Assembly: GCA_048013815.1 (NCBI GenBank)
Contig: CM106585.1
Coordinates: 11,098,001 to 11,162,000 of the forward strand
Length of the DNA: 64,000 bases
Direction: 5' to 3'
Source: Setoptus koraiensis
Taxonomy: Eukaryota; Animalia; Arthropoda
The position numbers were made by a program, and so were the translations under genes. A model generated the notes under the pieces. It did not search any database. It saw nothing but the letters and a program-made list of their open reading frames with translations, and was not told where the DNA came from. Shown here one piece after another: positions 50,743-62,733 of the stretch. Within the stretch, counting starts at the first letter, position 1; each line of letters begins with the position of its first letter.

Positions 50743-53700
50743 GACGGCTCCGGCCGGCTGCCCGAGAGCTGATATCGCTCGCTTGCGCAACAACGTCGGC
50801 GCCATGTGGTGCCACTTGCGACCGATGGCGCGCAATTATCCAATTGTCTCTCGTTTGCCCAGGCCGTGTTGCCGTGTTCGTTGTTGTGCGATAAGCTGAA
50901 CAACAAACTGAAAAACTCTCTTGTCAGACGAGATCGCTCTCAAGATGTGAGTGATTTGGACGGCCAGCGACGCCCACGCGCCGCCACTTGCGAGCACAAA
51001 TGTTGCGTCACACCGATCATCATATCGCACTGGTCATCATATCTCACTGATCATCATATCGCACCGCAGCGGTATGTGCGCGTGAGATATGCCTGCATAT
51101 GGACGATGCACTGTATATTGACACAGTATATATTGATAGTGATATGGCAACGCTGCCCACTGGCCACTGGTCACTGGCCACTAGTCACTGGCCACTGGGC
51201 TGGTGGCGCCCACTCGCGTTTGGCGCGCAATCTGCCGGACGCCGCAAGACAGTGGGCGCAGTGGTGCCCAGCCAGCCCACAGATGATGGTCGCAGAAATA
51301 GTTGCGTATACTGGCCAGCAGTGGGCCAGCAGTGGGCCAGCAGTGGGCCAGCCTGTTGGACTGGGCGCTGGCGTTGGCAGTAATCACCTGGATTGCGCAA
51401 CAACTCTAGCTGTTGTTCAGCGGCCAACGACAACAGCGCTGCACCCCGAGCGGCTACCCGACGATCGCACAACAGCGACAACAACGGCAAAAAGACTGCA
51501 AAAGAGACGCGCTCGCTTGTTGGCGCAAAGACAACAAACGAGCGCGCCATTGTGCCCGCTAAACAAACACCCAACGCGCGATATTGCAGTGCGTAGCATA
51601 TTATTATTATATGTTTACATCGTTGCACTGTTGCGACAAGCTTACGTAACGGGCCCCAATGTTGCAATGTTTGACTATGGTTACATCATACACTCACTTG
51701 CGCGACACTGTCGTGGGCCCCCTGCCAACGGGCCCACAACTGGCGACAGGCCGCGCAACGGACTGCGAAACGGTAGCCACTGCTGTTGGACAGTGTGTTT
51801 GTTTTGCTGTCGCTGGCACCACTTGATAAGCGAGCGTCATACATTGTATATGCTGGTGCCGTTGCTGGCCTGTTGGCTGGTGCTGTTGCGTAATGAGCGG
51901 CCGGCCGTCGCCATTGGCAGCACGAACGGCGGGCACCGGATAAAATAGAATAAAACAAAACAAAATAAAATAAAATAAAGTTCACTCACATTGTGAGTCG
52001 CACAAGCAACTATCAAAGTTGCCGCTGTCATTAACAACACTGGTCAGTTGTTGCAGTGACAGCGCCATTACATAACGGTGTCTCTCTAATTGTGGCACGT
52101 TGCTCACCAGTAGCGATACAATGGTTAGTGCCGAATAACAAATGGTGTCGTCGCAAACGTTGTTGTCCATTTGCGCCTCTCAACATTTTGTGCATTTGCC
52201 CAGTTTGTCCACTCGTCGGAGATGGCGATATTATTGACGACCAGCTCACACTGTCGCTCGCCGCTTCCAAAACGTATCAGTGGGCGCCATTTGGGGCACC
52301 GCACCGAGTCGCTCCGTTGCCAGTAACTCGGCTGCCAGTCGCTCGGTTGCCGATGTGAACAGCCAGCGCCTCTGTTGCTCACGGGCGACACAGAGGATTG
52401 CCCGACACAGAGTGCCCCCGCCCCCCGCCGCTCACCGACCGATGGCCAGCACAGTCCCGTCAACACGCCGGCTGCTGACGGGACCCCCGCCCACTACCTC
52501 TAATCCGACTGTGAGCCTGTGTGTTTTTGTCTCAGTCGCGGGTATTTGATCACCGACGCGACCGACGCGACCGAGAGCCGGGCCGAACAAACAGACGCAC
52601 CGTATTCAGGTAGAGGAGCCATTTGCAGCGCCCCTAACGTTCATAAACGTTGATGAGTCTTCCGGATTTGATTGGGTGAGTCGCAATCGAGCATTTCGGA
52701 GTCGATGTGTCAGCGGAGAGATCGCGCCAGAATCTCTCGTGGCTCTAATTGTCGTTCGACAACTAGAGCCACTGGCCAGTGAATATTCACAATAATGATC
52801 AGTTTGTCTTAGATGACCGACGTGAGACAAAAGTGACGCAACCAACACACATCAGCCACTTCCCGCTGTGCGAGCTCGTGATGTGATTGGGGCTCCGTGG
52901 GCCAGTGCCTGTGATTCGGGGCCCCAATCACCGGGCTACCTGAGCCTGCTGAGCCGCTGGCTGGGTAGCGTGGGCACCAATAACAATAATCACAAATACG
53001 ATAAGTTTACGCTCTGTATCATACACACAGGGGCCCCTGTAGCATTCGCACAACTGTGCTTCAGGGTGCCACGGGCAGCGTGGCGCGGGATTACGCCGAC
53101 GCCAATTGTGGGCAGCGCCACAATTTGAGGCATTATCATTTGTCGGGAAATTGTTGGCGCGAAATGGTGGCGAAAAAGCGACAAAATTGGGATCACGCAG
53201 CGACAATCGCATTATACGAATGTGCTGCATGTGTACACAGTTGCTGCGATACAGTTACGTAAGATATAAGCCGATCATTGGTTGTGCACACATAAACACA
53301 ATACGTGTATGTAGAGCCCATACAACGGGCCGCTTCTGGGTATTGTTGTATCATACAAATTGTATGTGTCTAATTGCGTAATGCAACGCCGAGCACTTGT
53401 CACGCGCGCCGTGCCAACACGCTGACAACGTGCACTTGGTAGCTTTAGTGTGACCCATATAACCGACGACACACCGGCCATGTTTGGGTGCGATTGGCGA
53501 TTGTCAGTGGGCAGCATTTGCAATTAGTGAGCAGTCTAATTATAAAACTAAAAACTAAAATTGTGCGCCACAGCGAGCGTGTTGCAGCGTGCCGTTGTGA
53601 TTCACGACACACCATGCGGCCATCCGCTGCGACTATATTATATAACAATATGTTATATAATACTGTATAACAATTGGTTGTTATGTAACCAGTTATGTAA

Positions 53701-53977
53701 CAGTTGTATAACAAACAACAGTTGTGTAACATGTGTAACAACACGACAGGTGCACTGGCTGGCAGCTGCTGTGATGGCACAGCAATCTCAATCGGGCAAT
53801 ATTGCGTAATTGGTGTGTCGAGGGGCAGCATTTTGTAAGCGCAAGATTGCGTAAGCACAAGATTGCGTAATCACATGATTGCGTAAGACGCAATGCCGGT
53901 GTTTAAAGGTTGCCAGGCAGGCCGGCGTGGCCGCAACATTGACCAACGAGCTGTTGTTGTTGCTGTCGTTGCTGTCG

Positions 53978-54017
<40 letters not shown>

Positions 54018-54479
54018 CAATGGGTGACAGCGGTGATTGGACAGTGTGCAACGGTAACCGTTCGCAACAGCGAGCCCCCGTTCGCTCACAATTGTCAATC
54101 GGCCGACAGTTGGAGCCGGTGCCAGTGCGATATGGCAGATATTGCAATGATGCAGCAACGAGCCGATACATTCAATGTATCACGCCGTTGGGCGATGCGA
54201 CGGCAAACGAAACACGACCGGGCTAGTGTCACGGGCAAACACTGTCAACGTTGGCCGATTGATGCCTCGCCGGCTCGTCGCTGGCACCGGCTTGCGCAAG
54301 CGGGCCGAGTGTCGCAAAGGCACCACACAAACAATTACGTAATTAGTCATGAGTGACACATGAGTCGCGAGTCGCGAGCAATGTCGCCAGTGCGAGTGTC
54401 GCCGTTGTCATGTGACGCGAATATCGATCATCCGAGTGAGCCAATGAAATAACAAGACTTTCAAGCGAGCGCTTTGAGC

Positions 54480-54575
54480 TTCGAACGAGCGCTTCGAGCT
54501 TCGAACGAGCGCTCCGAGCTCCGAAGTTCGAACGAGCGCTTCGAACGAGCGCTGCGAACGAGCGCTTCGAACGGC
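54480..54575. repeat. TTCGAACGAGCGC-based minisatellite (~6 copies)
   Basis: Read directly from the sequence. Confidence 0.9.
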
Positions 54576-56843
54576 AAGCGAGCTTAGCGTGGGCATGCAA
54601 CAGACGTCTACGGTCGCCAGATTGGCAGCGACGCCATGACAGGCAAGTGCTCACCATTAAACAATGTTTTTCAAAACTTGCAAACATCGTATCGGCGCTC
54701 GCAGTTGAGCCGGCGAGCGGGGCACGTACCCAATACCCAATACAACGCGACGCGCCGACCTTGGCGCGCCAATCTAACGGGCCAATCAAGCGCTAGCTTG
54801 CTTGGCGTGCTTGGCAAGACCCGTTGGCGCCAACTGCGGTCGCTAACGGGTTTGCGGTTCGCGCATTCGGCCCCTAATACCCGCACACTACTGACACTAC
54901 CGCAAGCAGTGCTGATACAGTCGGCTGCGGGCCTGCCGAATGCCAGCGAACCACCGGCGATACATGCTTGCGACCTGCTCAAATCGGCGGCCGTGCTAGG
55001 CGCGCTCAGTGTGACGCGTCCGCTAATATGGTATTACATAATATGGTATTACATAATATGGTGCTAGTGTTGCGCTGGCAAGAGGTGCCCGCAAGGCCAG
55101 CGCACTGCCGCCGACGCACCCGTTCGGCGCCGACGACGACCGCCCGCCGGCCCGCTGGCCGGCGCTTGTCACGGCGGCCCGTCGAGCCAGCGCGTCGTCT
55201 CGAGTCGGTGCCCGGCAGCCAGACTGACAGCCAGCCAGCCAGTCAGCCAGAAGTGGCTCGCGAGCGGCCTCGTTTCGGCGGGCCACTCTGACAGCGAGCG
55301 GCTCGTTTTTTCACCACGGTCACCGCAGCGCCATCAGCTGAGCGTGGTGAAAAAAGTCTCGTTGGCCAAGTCTCGCCAACGAGCAGCGAGCTCTCGCTTT
55401 TAATTTCAATTTGCTGCCGTTTTTTCAAATGGCCAACCGAGCCCTGGCCACAGCGGCGCCTGCATGCGCGGCCCGGCCGACAATCGGGCCACCGATCGAG
55501 CACAAAAAGTGATCAATGGATGGCAAGCGCGTAGACGGTCTGCGGGCACACCGAGCGCACCAGCGATTACGTAATGACTGTTTATTTGGCTGGCCTAGCC
55601 CGCGCTGCTGCCTCGTCTATGCCATCCATTTGCACGTATTTGTTGTATTTGGCGGAATTGTGTGTCGCGCCAATCACAGTCGCTACTTGTGCATGCATTG
55701 TAGTGACTCGCTGCTAGTGAGCGTCTCGCACCCGTTGATACCGACGCCCGCTACGTACCGACACTGCCGCTCACCGCTCACCGCATACCGACGCTCACCG
55801 CTCACCGCGTACCGACGCTCACCGCTCACCGCTCACCGCGTACCGACGCTCACTTGGCACCGACACCGATGCTCGGCTCTGCGAAGAATCCCATCAATGA
55901 TCTATCACCGTCGATCGAGTCGCTCGCACGCATACACAAGACGCTGCTGGCGCAGCAGCGCCATTGTGCGGCCAGGTGAGCAGGGGGCGAGCGATTTGTT
56001 AATGTAACAGCAAATGGTTCAATAGTTAAATCGGTGGTGGGCGTCGCATTGGCGGGCGAAATGGTTAAATGGTTATAATGGCGCACAGCCACCAAATTCA
56101 AATTCAATGAGCGCGGCCAACAGCCAGGTAAGCCAGACTCCCCAGGTGAGCTTATCATATTATGCAGTATTTACAGTGCTAGCTCAGCTCGGCTGCTCCC
56201 TTGCGCTACTAGACCTACCTGCCGTTGCGCCGACACTGAACCGCTGCACCGTCGCCGGGGCTCTCAGGTGGTTGCGCAACAACTGCCAAAACTGTCTCGC
56301 CATCCATCTAAATGCGTATCCGCTATCTGTGCGCCCGCTAGCCATGCGTGCCCGCCTTTATCTGTGTGCCCTATCCTCCATCAAACTGCAACTCTAACGG
56401 TCGCAGTGTGCCGCTGTTGTCGCAATTGTACCGCTGCAACGGGCACCCACACGAAATTGGCTTTGTTGGCCGCTCGGCAAAGTGACAGTGTGTGTGTTGT
56501 TGCGTCATCATAAATTAAATAATAATGCAGCGGCGGCCGCACGAAATGGAATTGGAAATGAAAACAGAAATAAACAACCGGCGGCGGCGGCAAGAGGCGC
56601 CCAATTTCGCTCAACTGGCACGCGCATCGAGCCAATTGCCGCACTGTGCGGCCTTGTTATGTAGCCAGCCGTTATGTAACACCACAGCGGGGATTGGGCT
56701 TGCGTATATATGGGATATATATGGGACACATGCACATACAGATATGTGAGAGATATGGCTCACGGCATTCACCAATTGCGTCATTGGCGCAAACTGACGA
56801 GCAACCTGTTCGAGCAGCGCCCATTCTCGCCGTGGCTCGCTCA

Positions 56844-56903
56844 TTATGTGCCCTTATGTGCCCTTATGTGCCGTTATGTGCCGTTGTGTGCCGTTATGTG
56901 CCG
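56844..56903. repeat. TTATGTGCC(C/G) x6
   Basis: Read directly from the sequence. Confidence 0.95.
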
Positions 56904-59245
56904 GTCGGCTTGCCATCGACAACCGACCGGCACATAACACAACTTGATATTGGTTGTATTGTTACGGCTGGCATAGTTGATAGTCGTTGCATGCTCGCAC
57001 AGCATGCACACGCCAAGACGTGGGGCCCCAAGCGGATCGCTCCCCACGCCGGCCAGCGCCTATCGAGGGCTGGCTCGAAGGCTGCGCTTCGGAGAGCGGC
57101 CCGCGAGAATCTAGTTCAAGGTCATTGCGTGTCTCGGCGGTTCGTATTGCACATACAATGCAAACAACGCACGCATATATCACGCATTGGACGCTTATAG
57201 GCGCCCCCTCGACACGCACCGCCATCTGGAGTGGCCTGCTCGAGTCGCATTCCGGGCGGATATTTACTGGCGCACATTTGCCCGAATATCTGGCGGAATA
57301 TCTCGCGGAATATCTGGCGGATATAAAAAACAAATACGCGCGGTGGACGTGCGATAACCGCGTCTAGCCCAAAACGCTCTCCCTCTCTCACCATCAGTGA
57401 TTTAACAGGATGAACGGTTCGCTAAGTAAGCGCCACATCATACAATGCGATCTATAGCTTATCAAATGGCATGCATCATCGCACTTGTATAGCCTCTGGG
57501 CCTTGGTCTGGGCGTTTTTTTCGTCTCTTTGTTTGCTTTTTGTCCGCACAACAGCATGCTCCCGTTGCTACAACATCCCGGTCGCTATGTTTACGGCGCG
57601 CTGCTCATTAATCACAGCGGCTTCTATGAGCCGCAATTCAACATTCGCAATTTCTAGGGGCCCTCGCTGCACAATATCGACATAAATCACCATGTACACA
57701 AAATATAAAGCTAATATTCTCTTGGTGTCGGTCTGGTTGGCTGTCGGTTGGGCGCAGTTACGCAATTAGTCAACATCTCTCTCTCACAAACAGCCAAACG
57801 GCCCAAACCGCCTAATTATGTGCTCTATCATGATTTTTTTGCACTCTAATTAGCTTATTACAAGCAGTTTTTACTATATAACAAGATTTATTGGCGACAA
57901 CGACAAGCCCCAAACCAAGCACTGGTCGCTGGCTGCGTTGCATTAATCATTGATTAATTAGTCTCTAAACCAACTAAAACGATCATCAGCATCGTTGCAA
58001 CTTTGCATTTGTCAACGCGCGATCCTTATCTTTCGCACACTACACTTTATTTCGGGCATTTCGGCACCTTCCAGTCGACACTGTCCATGGCCAGCATGAT
58101 ATATATGGGCAAATATGATGGGCCGTGAGTGCTCTCTCGGTTGCGACTTAATGCTTAGCTAATCGGACGTTTGGAGACAGGCGTCTGGCTGTGTCGCGAT
58201 ATCGAGCATGGCATCACTCAGGCATCATTTGATGCGACCAGTTTCACATAAAGTAATTTTTTGGTCTCTACTTAATTAGACTAGATGGATCTTTCAGCTT
58301 ACACACACACACAGACAGACGTTATATCAGCAGTGTCGTGAGAAGAACGCAGATCAATCGAACACGAATTGATCTATCTACTGTCTACCATATACATACC
58401 ATTTACATGTAACGAGACGATTAGACACAGTCAAATGCAAATTTTTGCTTGCACTCGCGAATTGCTTATTGTTGATTGCAAATTAAGTAAACAATCGTGT
58501 TGCGCAACACAATAAGAGGTTAGACAATTCAACTGATGCGAACAACTTACAACTTGTTAGCCTAACAATGTTAGATAAGACTCATTCTGTAGTTGTAGGT
58601 GTCTGACAACAGACGAGATAAATAGACAATAGACGAGTTGGCTGTTCTGTCAGATACGATTTCTCTTTGTTGGATGTAAATTGTTGAGACAGGACTTGCT
58701 ATCTTTAATATTTTTTATTGGCGACTTATTCGTGGTGTTGCCTCTGTATCCAGATATATAAGCGGTTCTTCCATTACACGCAGACCCACTAGACCATGTC
58801 GACATGATCACTTTCACACCACCATTTTTATTTCATTATTACATGTATCATTGGTTATTGTCGTTCCCAACAACAACAACAACAACAACAGGTTACACCT
58901 GACTGGGACACACCACTAGAGGGCGCCGCTATGTTCTTCAATAACATGGTTCCTGGTTATTCCTGGCCAAGTATTAGGTGCGTCGTCAGGTGTCAACTGG
59001 TTGTCATTGGCCATGAGCCATCATCAGAAAGACACACATCTAAATTTGTCTTGCAAGATATTCGCGTTAATACACAATTTATATCAATTGCCTGAGCACT
59101 TATATCCAAAAAGTGGTTGGTTTGTTTGAAAGTTATACGATAGACACAAACCGACACTAGGTACACACCATTGTTTAACGGTCCCGTCAACTGCTATAAT
59201 CGCACACAACTAGACATTCAGATAAGTATCAATGAATCAAGCAAC

Positions 59246-60856
59246 ATGTTGAATGAGTTATATTTGATTGTGTCCATAAGCCTGAACATACTCATAAGAG
59301 TAGCCGATGGGGCCCAACAAACAATCAGCAACGATTACTATTCGTTTGCATCGGCCGAGCAGCTGTTCAAGAGTAAATCAGCAGCCTTCAAATGGCCCAT
59401 AAACAACAATAAAGCAACTAGATTAAATATCGACAAATACTGGCAACAATACTACTATATATCACATGACACTGTAGATAGAGATAGTCACTCTTCACTG
59501 CACAAACTTGCCACAAACATCAAGAGGAAAAAGAGGTCAATCCTGTCTGACTTATGGAAAAACCCTTTTCTTGATCCAGTGGGATCTATGCGCGAATGGT
59601 GGCTGAATGTCACTAGCATCTGGAACAACCAAATAACTGCAACAGCAACAACAACAACACCAACACCACCTACAATCATGATTGACAATTCTAATCACAC
59701 TTCTCTAATAAACAACTTATTGCAAACTGCAATGGAGCCAAAGTCAAGAGCCAATGAGTATGACCCAACTGACTTGTCGCAATTGATATTGTCTGACGAG
59801 CAAATAGCCTTGAAAGTACCCCATTACAGTGCCCAAAGAAGTGTTACTTTGCTTGCTAGATGCGGTATGACTTTTGCCTACGCAAAGTACCTACTGACCG
59901 ACAATAATGTTACTAAACAAAACCCAAGTGAACGTCATAGTTACCCTTTGTTTTCTTCAAGCGCTTCAAATAACTCTGCTCCACCACTTGTACATCTCAT
60001 CAGGCCAACCTACACTAAGAACGGTAAACAATATCTGGAGTTCCTGACACCGGCCACTTCCATCTTGAATCAGGATGTTAGTACTGTGCAATTGGTTTCT
60101 CTAAATTATCAGTCGAATAGTCGAATATCCACCGACAAATTAGAGTTGCATAAACGACAAGCTAACGACGACGAAGCTCGTAAAACTTCAATTGGACGCA
60201 TGATGCCAGGCGCGGAAATGGTTGATTGTTATCTGGCAGATATCGAGAAGAGATCCGACCAAATGAGAGTCTTTGAGAATCACTTTCAAAGGCTGGCTCA
60301 AAACATTACTTTTGATGCCATGCTCACGCTTATGTCAGAATGTAACCAATCACAATTGATCAAAAAGAGCCAACGAGTGACAGAACCGACTCAAATGTAT
60401 GATAAAAGTAACAGGGCTGCACTCATAGAGCCGTATAATAACGGTCAAGTGAAATTGCGCCAAGCAAGAAAAGAGACCAATTCGACAAATAATTCAGCCT
60501 CGGTGGATTCGCTCTCTCAGACACTGGCGCAAATGCAAGCGATGCTGGTCGGAATAGCGCCTGGAACTTTGTGGTGCGGAATGGGCGATCGAGCACTTAA
60601 TTTCAGACAATTGGGAAATGAGGCCGAGGTCGATGCCTGTTGCCGATCACACGATCACTGTCCAATAAGATTGAAGCCTTTCACCTACTATTATGGCCTC
60701 AACGATTGGTCCCTTTACACACGCAGCCATTGTAAGTGTGATAGGGATCTGGAAGACTGTTTGAGTCGCCTAGATTCGAGTTTTGCCCAACTCATTCGGA
60801 GGATATATGTGAGATTTGTAGGAACTCAGTGTCTTGAATCGCGACAATCTATCTAG
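59246..60856 (+). CDS. Secreted group III (bee-venom-type) phospholipase A2 with a long N-terminal region (~536 aa)
   Basis: The ATG at 59246 gives a signal peptide. The C-terminal domain has GTLWCGMG (Ca loop), DACCRSHDHC (catalytic His-Asp) and SHCKCD..CL. An RKKR furin site lies in the N-region. Confidence 0.9.
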   Translation: MLNELYLIVSISLNILIRVADGAQQTISNDYYSFASAEQLFKSKSAAFKWPINNNKATRLNIDKYWQQYYYISHDTVDRDSHSSLHKLATNIKRKKRSILSDLWKNPFLDPVGSMREWWLNVTSIWNNQITATATTTTPTPPTIMIDNSNHTSLINNLLQTAMEPKSRANEYDPTDLSQLILSDEQIALKVPHYSAQRSVTLLARCGMTFAYAKYLLTDNNVTKQNPSERHSYPLFSSSASNNSAPPLVHLIRPTYTKNGKQYLEFLTPATSILNQDVSTVQLVSLNYQSNSRISTDKLELHKRQANDDEARKTSIGRMMPGAEMVDCYLADIEKRSDQMRVFENHFQRLAQNITFDAMLTLMSECNQSQLIKKSQRVTEPTQMYDKSNRAALIEPYNNGQVKLRQARKETNSTNNSASVDSLSQTLAQMQAMLVGIAPGTLWCGMGDRALNFRQLGNEAEVDACCRSHDHCPIRLKPFTYYYGLNDWSLYTRSHCKCDRDLEDCLSRLDSSFAQLIRRIYVRFVGTQCLESRQSI

Positions 60857-61367
60857 TGTGTACAGTTGCCAATTGGTGGTTAAGCAATTCAAAAGTGCAC
60901 AGGTATCTGGAGGTTATATGTGATTTATCATCATCCAATGAACCAAAGAGATGTCAAGATAGATCCTGTTGTTGTCTAAGGCAATACTAAGCGATCAATA
61001 ACTCAATTACCGGAGTGTATCCATAATTGATAGTTAGATATTTGCATCGGAACAATCTAAGCTCTCAAGGTTGTAAATTTGTATGTAATGATTTTGGGAG
61101 CCTGTGTAACTGTGTAATAAAATGTCACGGAGTTCAAGATTATTTTCACAGTAAAAGTATATATTGTTTTTTTCTGTTTTCTCGCCTAGAGCCTCTCACT
61201 ACTTGCGGTAGATGCGAGTATCATAGTGTCCTTGTATTGATTGATCATAAATTAATTCTACATAGTATATGATAATAAAGTATGCATAGATGATGAATGT
61301 TAGAATACACACTGAAGGAACGGCACTGAGGATGGTCAAAGGTGTGAGTATCTGTCAATCGGTTGGG

Positions 61368-61658
<291 letters not shown>

Positions 61659-61867
61659 TATTGTTAATTTATTGATAATGTAATTCTTGTAAATCTATTA
61701 AGGCAATAAGAGAGTATCCAACGGAGCGTAAGAAAATATGAGATAGTAGGCAATGTTTAGGCAGTAATACTGGCGAATGAATTGGATGTCAGCAATCAGC
61801 TGTAATGGTGGACAAAATGGCCGATATTTCCTGTTTATATTGGGCTTTCATTGAACCTCATAGAGAG

Positions 61868-62126
61868 AAAAACCGGTGCACATTACAGTCACTAATTTCG
61901 CGGATACCCGTAAGAATTACCCGTCCGTTGCGAATCTTTGCCCGACACTGACCGACGGACAGACAGATCGAACCCGATGGTATATTTTTCAACTGTCGCA
62001 GGTATGTCCATGACCGGATCGCGGACCGGCGAAAAGCCCCCAAACAGATCGGATATCCGCGCCCGATGCTCGCAGCGAGATCGGGCGTAAAGAGTGAGCG
62101 CATGGCCGCTCGGCCACCAAGTGGCC
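61868..62126 (-). ncRNA. Putative Pol III-transcribed structured RNA (~259 nt), 7SK-like
   Basis: GC-rich island in AT-rich DNA. TATAAATA at -28, a G start, an A-box-like TGGCCGAGCGG at +11 and a T5 terminator. Several perfect stems, two GAUCUG motifs, GCGGAUA/UAUCCGC long-range pairing and a 3' UGU-AAUGU-GCA element. Confidence 0.55.
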
Positions 62127-62146
62127 AGAACAAAAAGAAAATAATA

Positions 62147-62154
62147 TATTTATA
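62147..62154 (-). promoter_or_regulatory. TATA box for the putative Pol III RNA
   Basis: TATAAATA on the minus strand, starting 28 nt upstream of the proposed +1 (62126). Confidence 0.5.
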
Positions 62155-62496
62155 TTCAACACACTGCAACACATGTGACAGCATTTACCTGGTTGCGCCG
62201 CTACCTGTAGCAACGAAATGTGTGAAAATATTAAAATGAGAAGACAATCAGTCGCCATCGTCATCATCGGATCCCTTGTTTTTTGATCCCTGTTACGTAT
62301 TTCAATATTTATATTAATATTACTATTATCATTACAAACTGTAATAGTTTATTATTGCCAATATTATTAGTAGATAATCACTAAGCACAGCAACGCTACA
62401 AATGATATTAATATACCATCTATTATTATAACAGGTTAACAATGTTATTATCTTATTCTTTTGCGAACAATATCGAGAGTGCTGCAGTTGGTAAGC

Positions 62497-62733
62497 ATGC
62501 AGTCTAGAACAAGGAAGCCCAAAAGACAGGTCCAGCAAACTATGCTTGCAAAAGAAAAAATTGAAAAAATACAAGACAAATTGAGTATATCAGAGAGATT
62601 TGATCACGAACTAGAAATTAATTTAGCACAACAACGAGTTGACCTCAATAAAAAAAGAACCAAGGAATTCATTGATATTCAATTAAAATTAAAGGATTAC
62701 GATTGGATGTACAAGAAATTATGCCTTACTTAG
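62497..62733 (+). CDS. Small coiled-coil ORF (78 aa), weakly APC16-like, overlapping the SRP9 start
   Basis: Coding-like helical sequence. SERF and L.DYDWMYK resemble ANAPC16 SERF...LEADEWRFK (recalled from memory, weak). The stop lies 13 nt into SRP9. Confidence 0.45.
   Translation: MQSRTRKPKRQVQQTMLAKEKIEKIQDKLSISERFDHELEINLAQQRVDLNKKRTKEFIDIQLKLKDYDWMYKKLCLT

Noticed and set aside
50651-57320. Short direct-repeat arrays as possible CRISPR arrays
   Set aside because: The units are 9-16 bp and head-to-tail with no unique spacers, there are no cas genes, and the context is eukaryotic.
33400-57800. More than 100 short overlapping ORFs (60-380 aa) in all six frames, including 50806..51948 (380 aa) and 44465..45175
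   Set aside because: These are expected in GC-rich, stop-poor DNA. The translations are R/A/C/W-rich and repeat-derived, with no domain motifs and no consistent exon chain.
61990-62126. tRNA-Leu/Ser or SRP (7SL) RNA reading of the GC-rich element
   Set aside because: An A-box is present, but there is no cloverleaf and the B-box-like GTTCGA is ~140 nt away. The SRP Alu UGUNR motif and helix-8 GNRA/AGCAG motif are absent, despite the neighbouring SRP9 gene.
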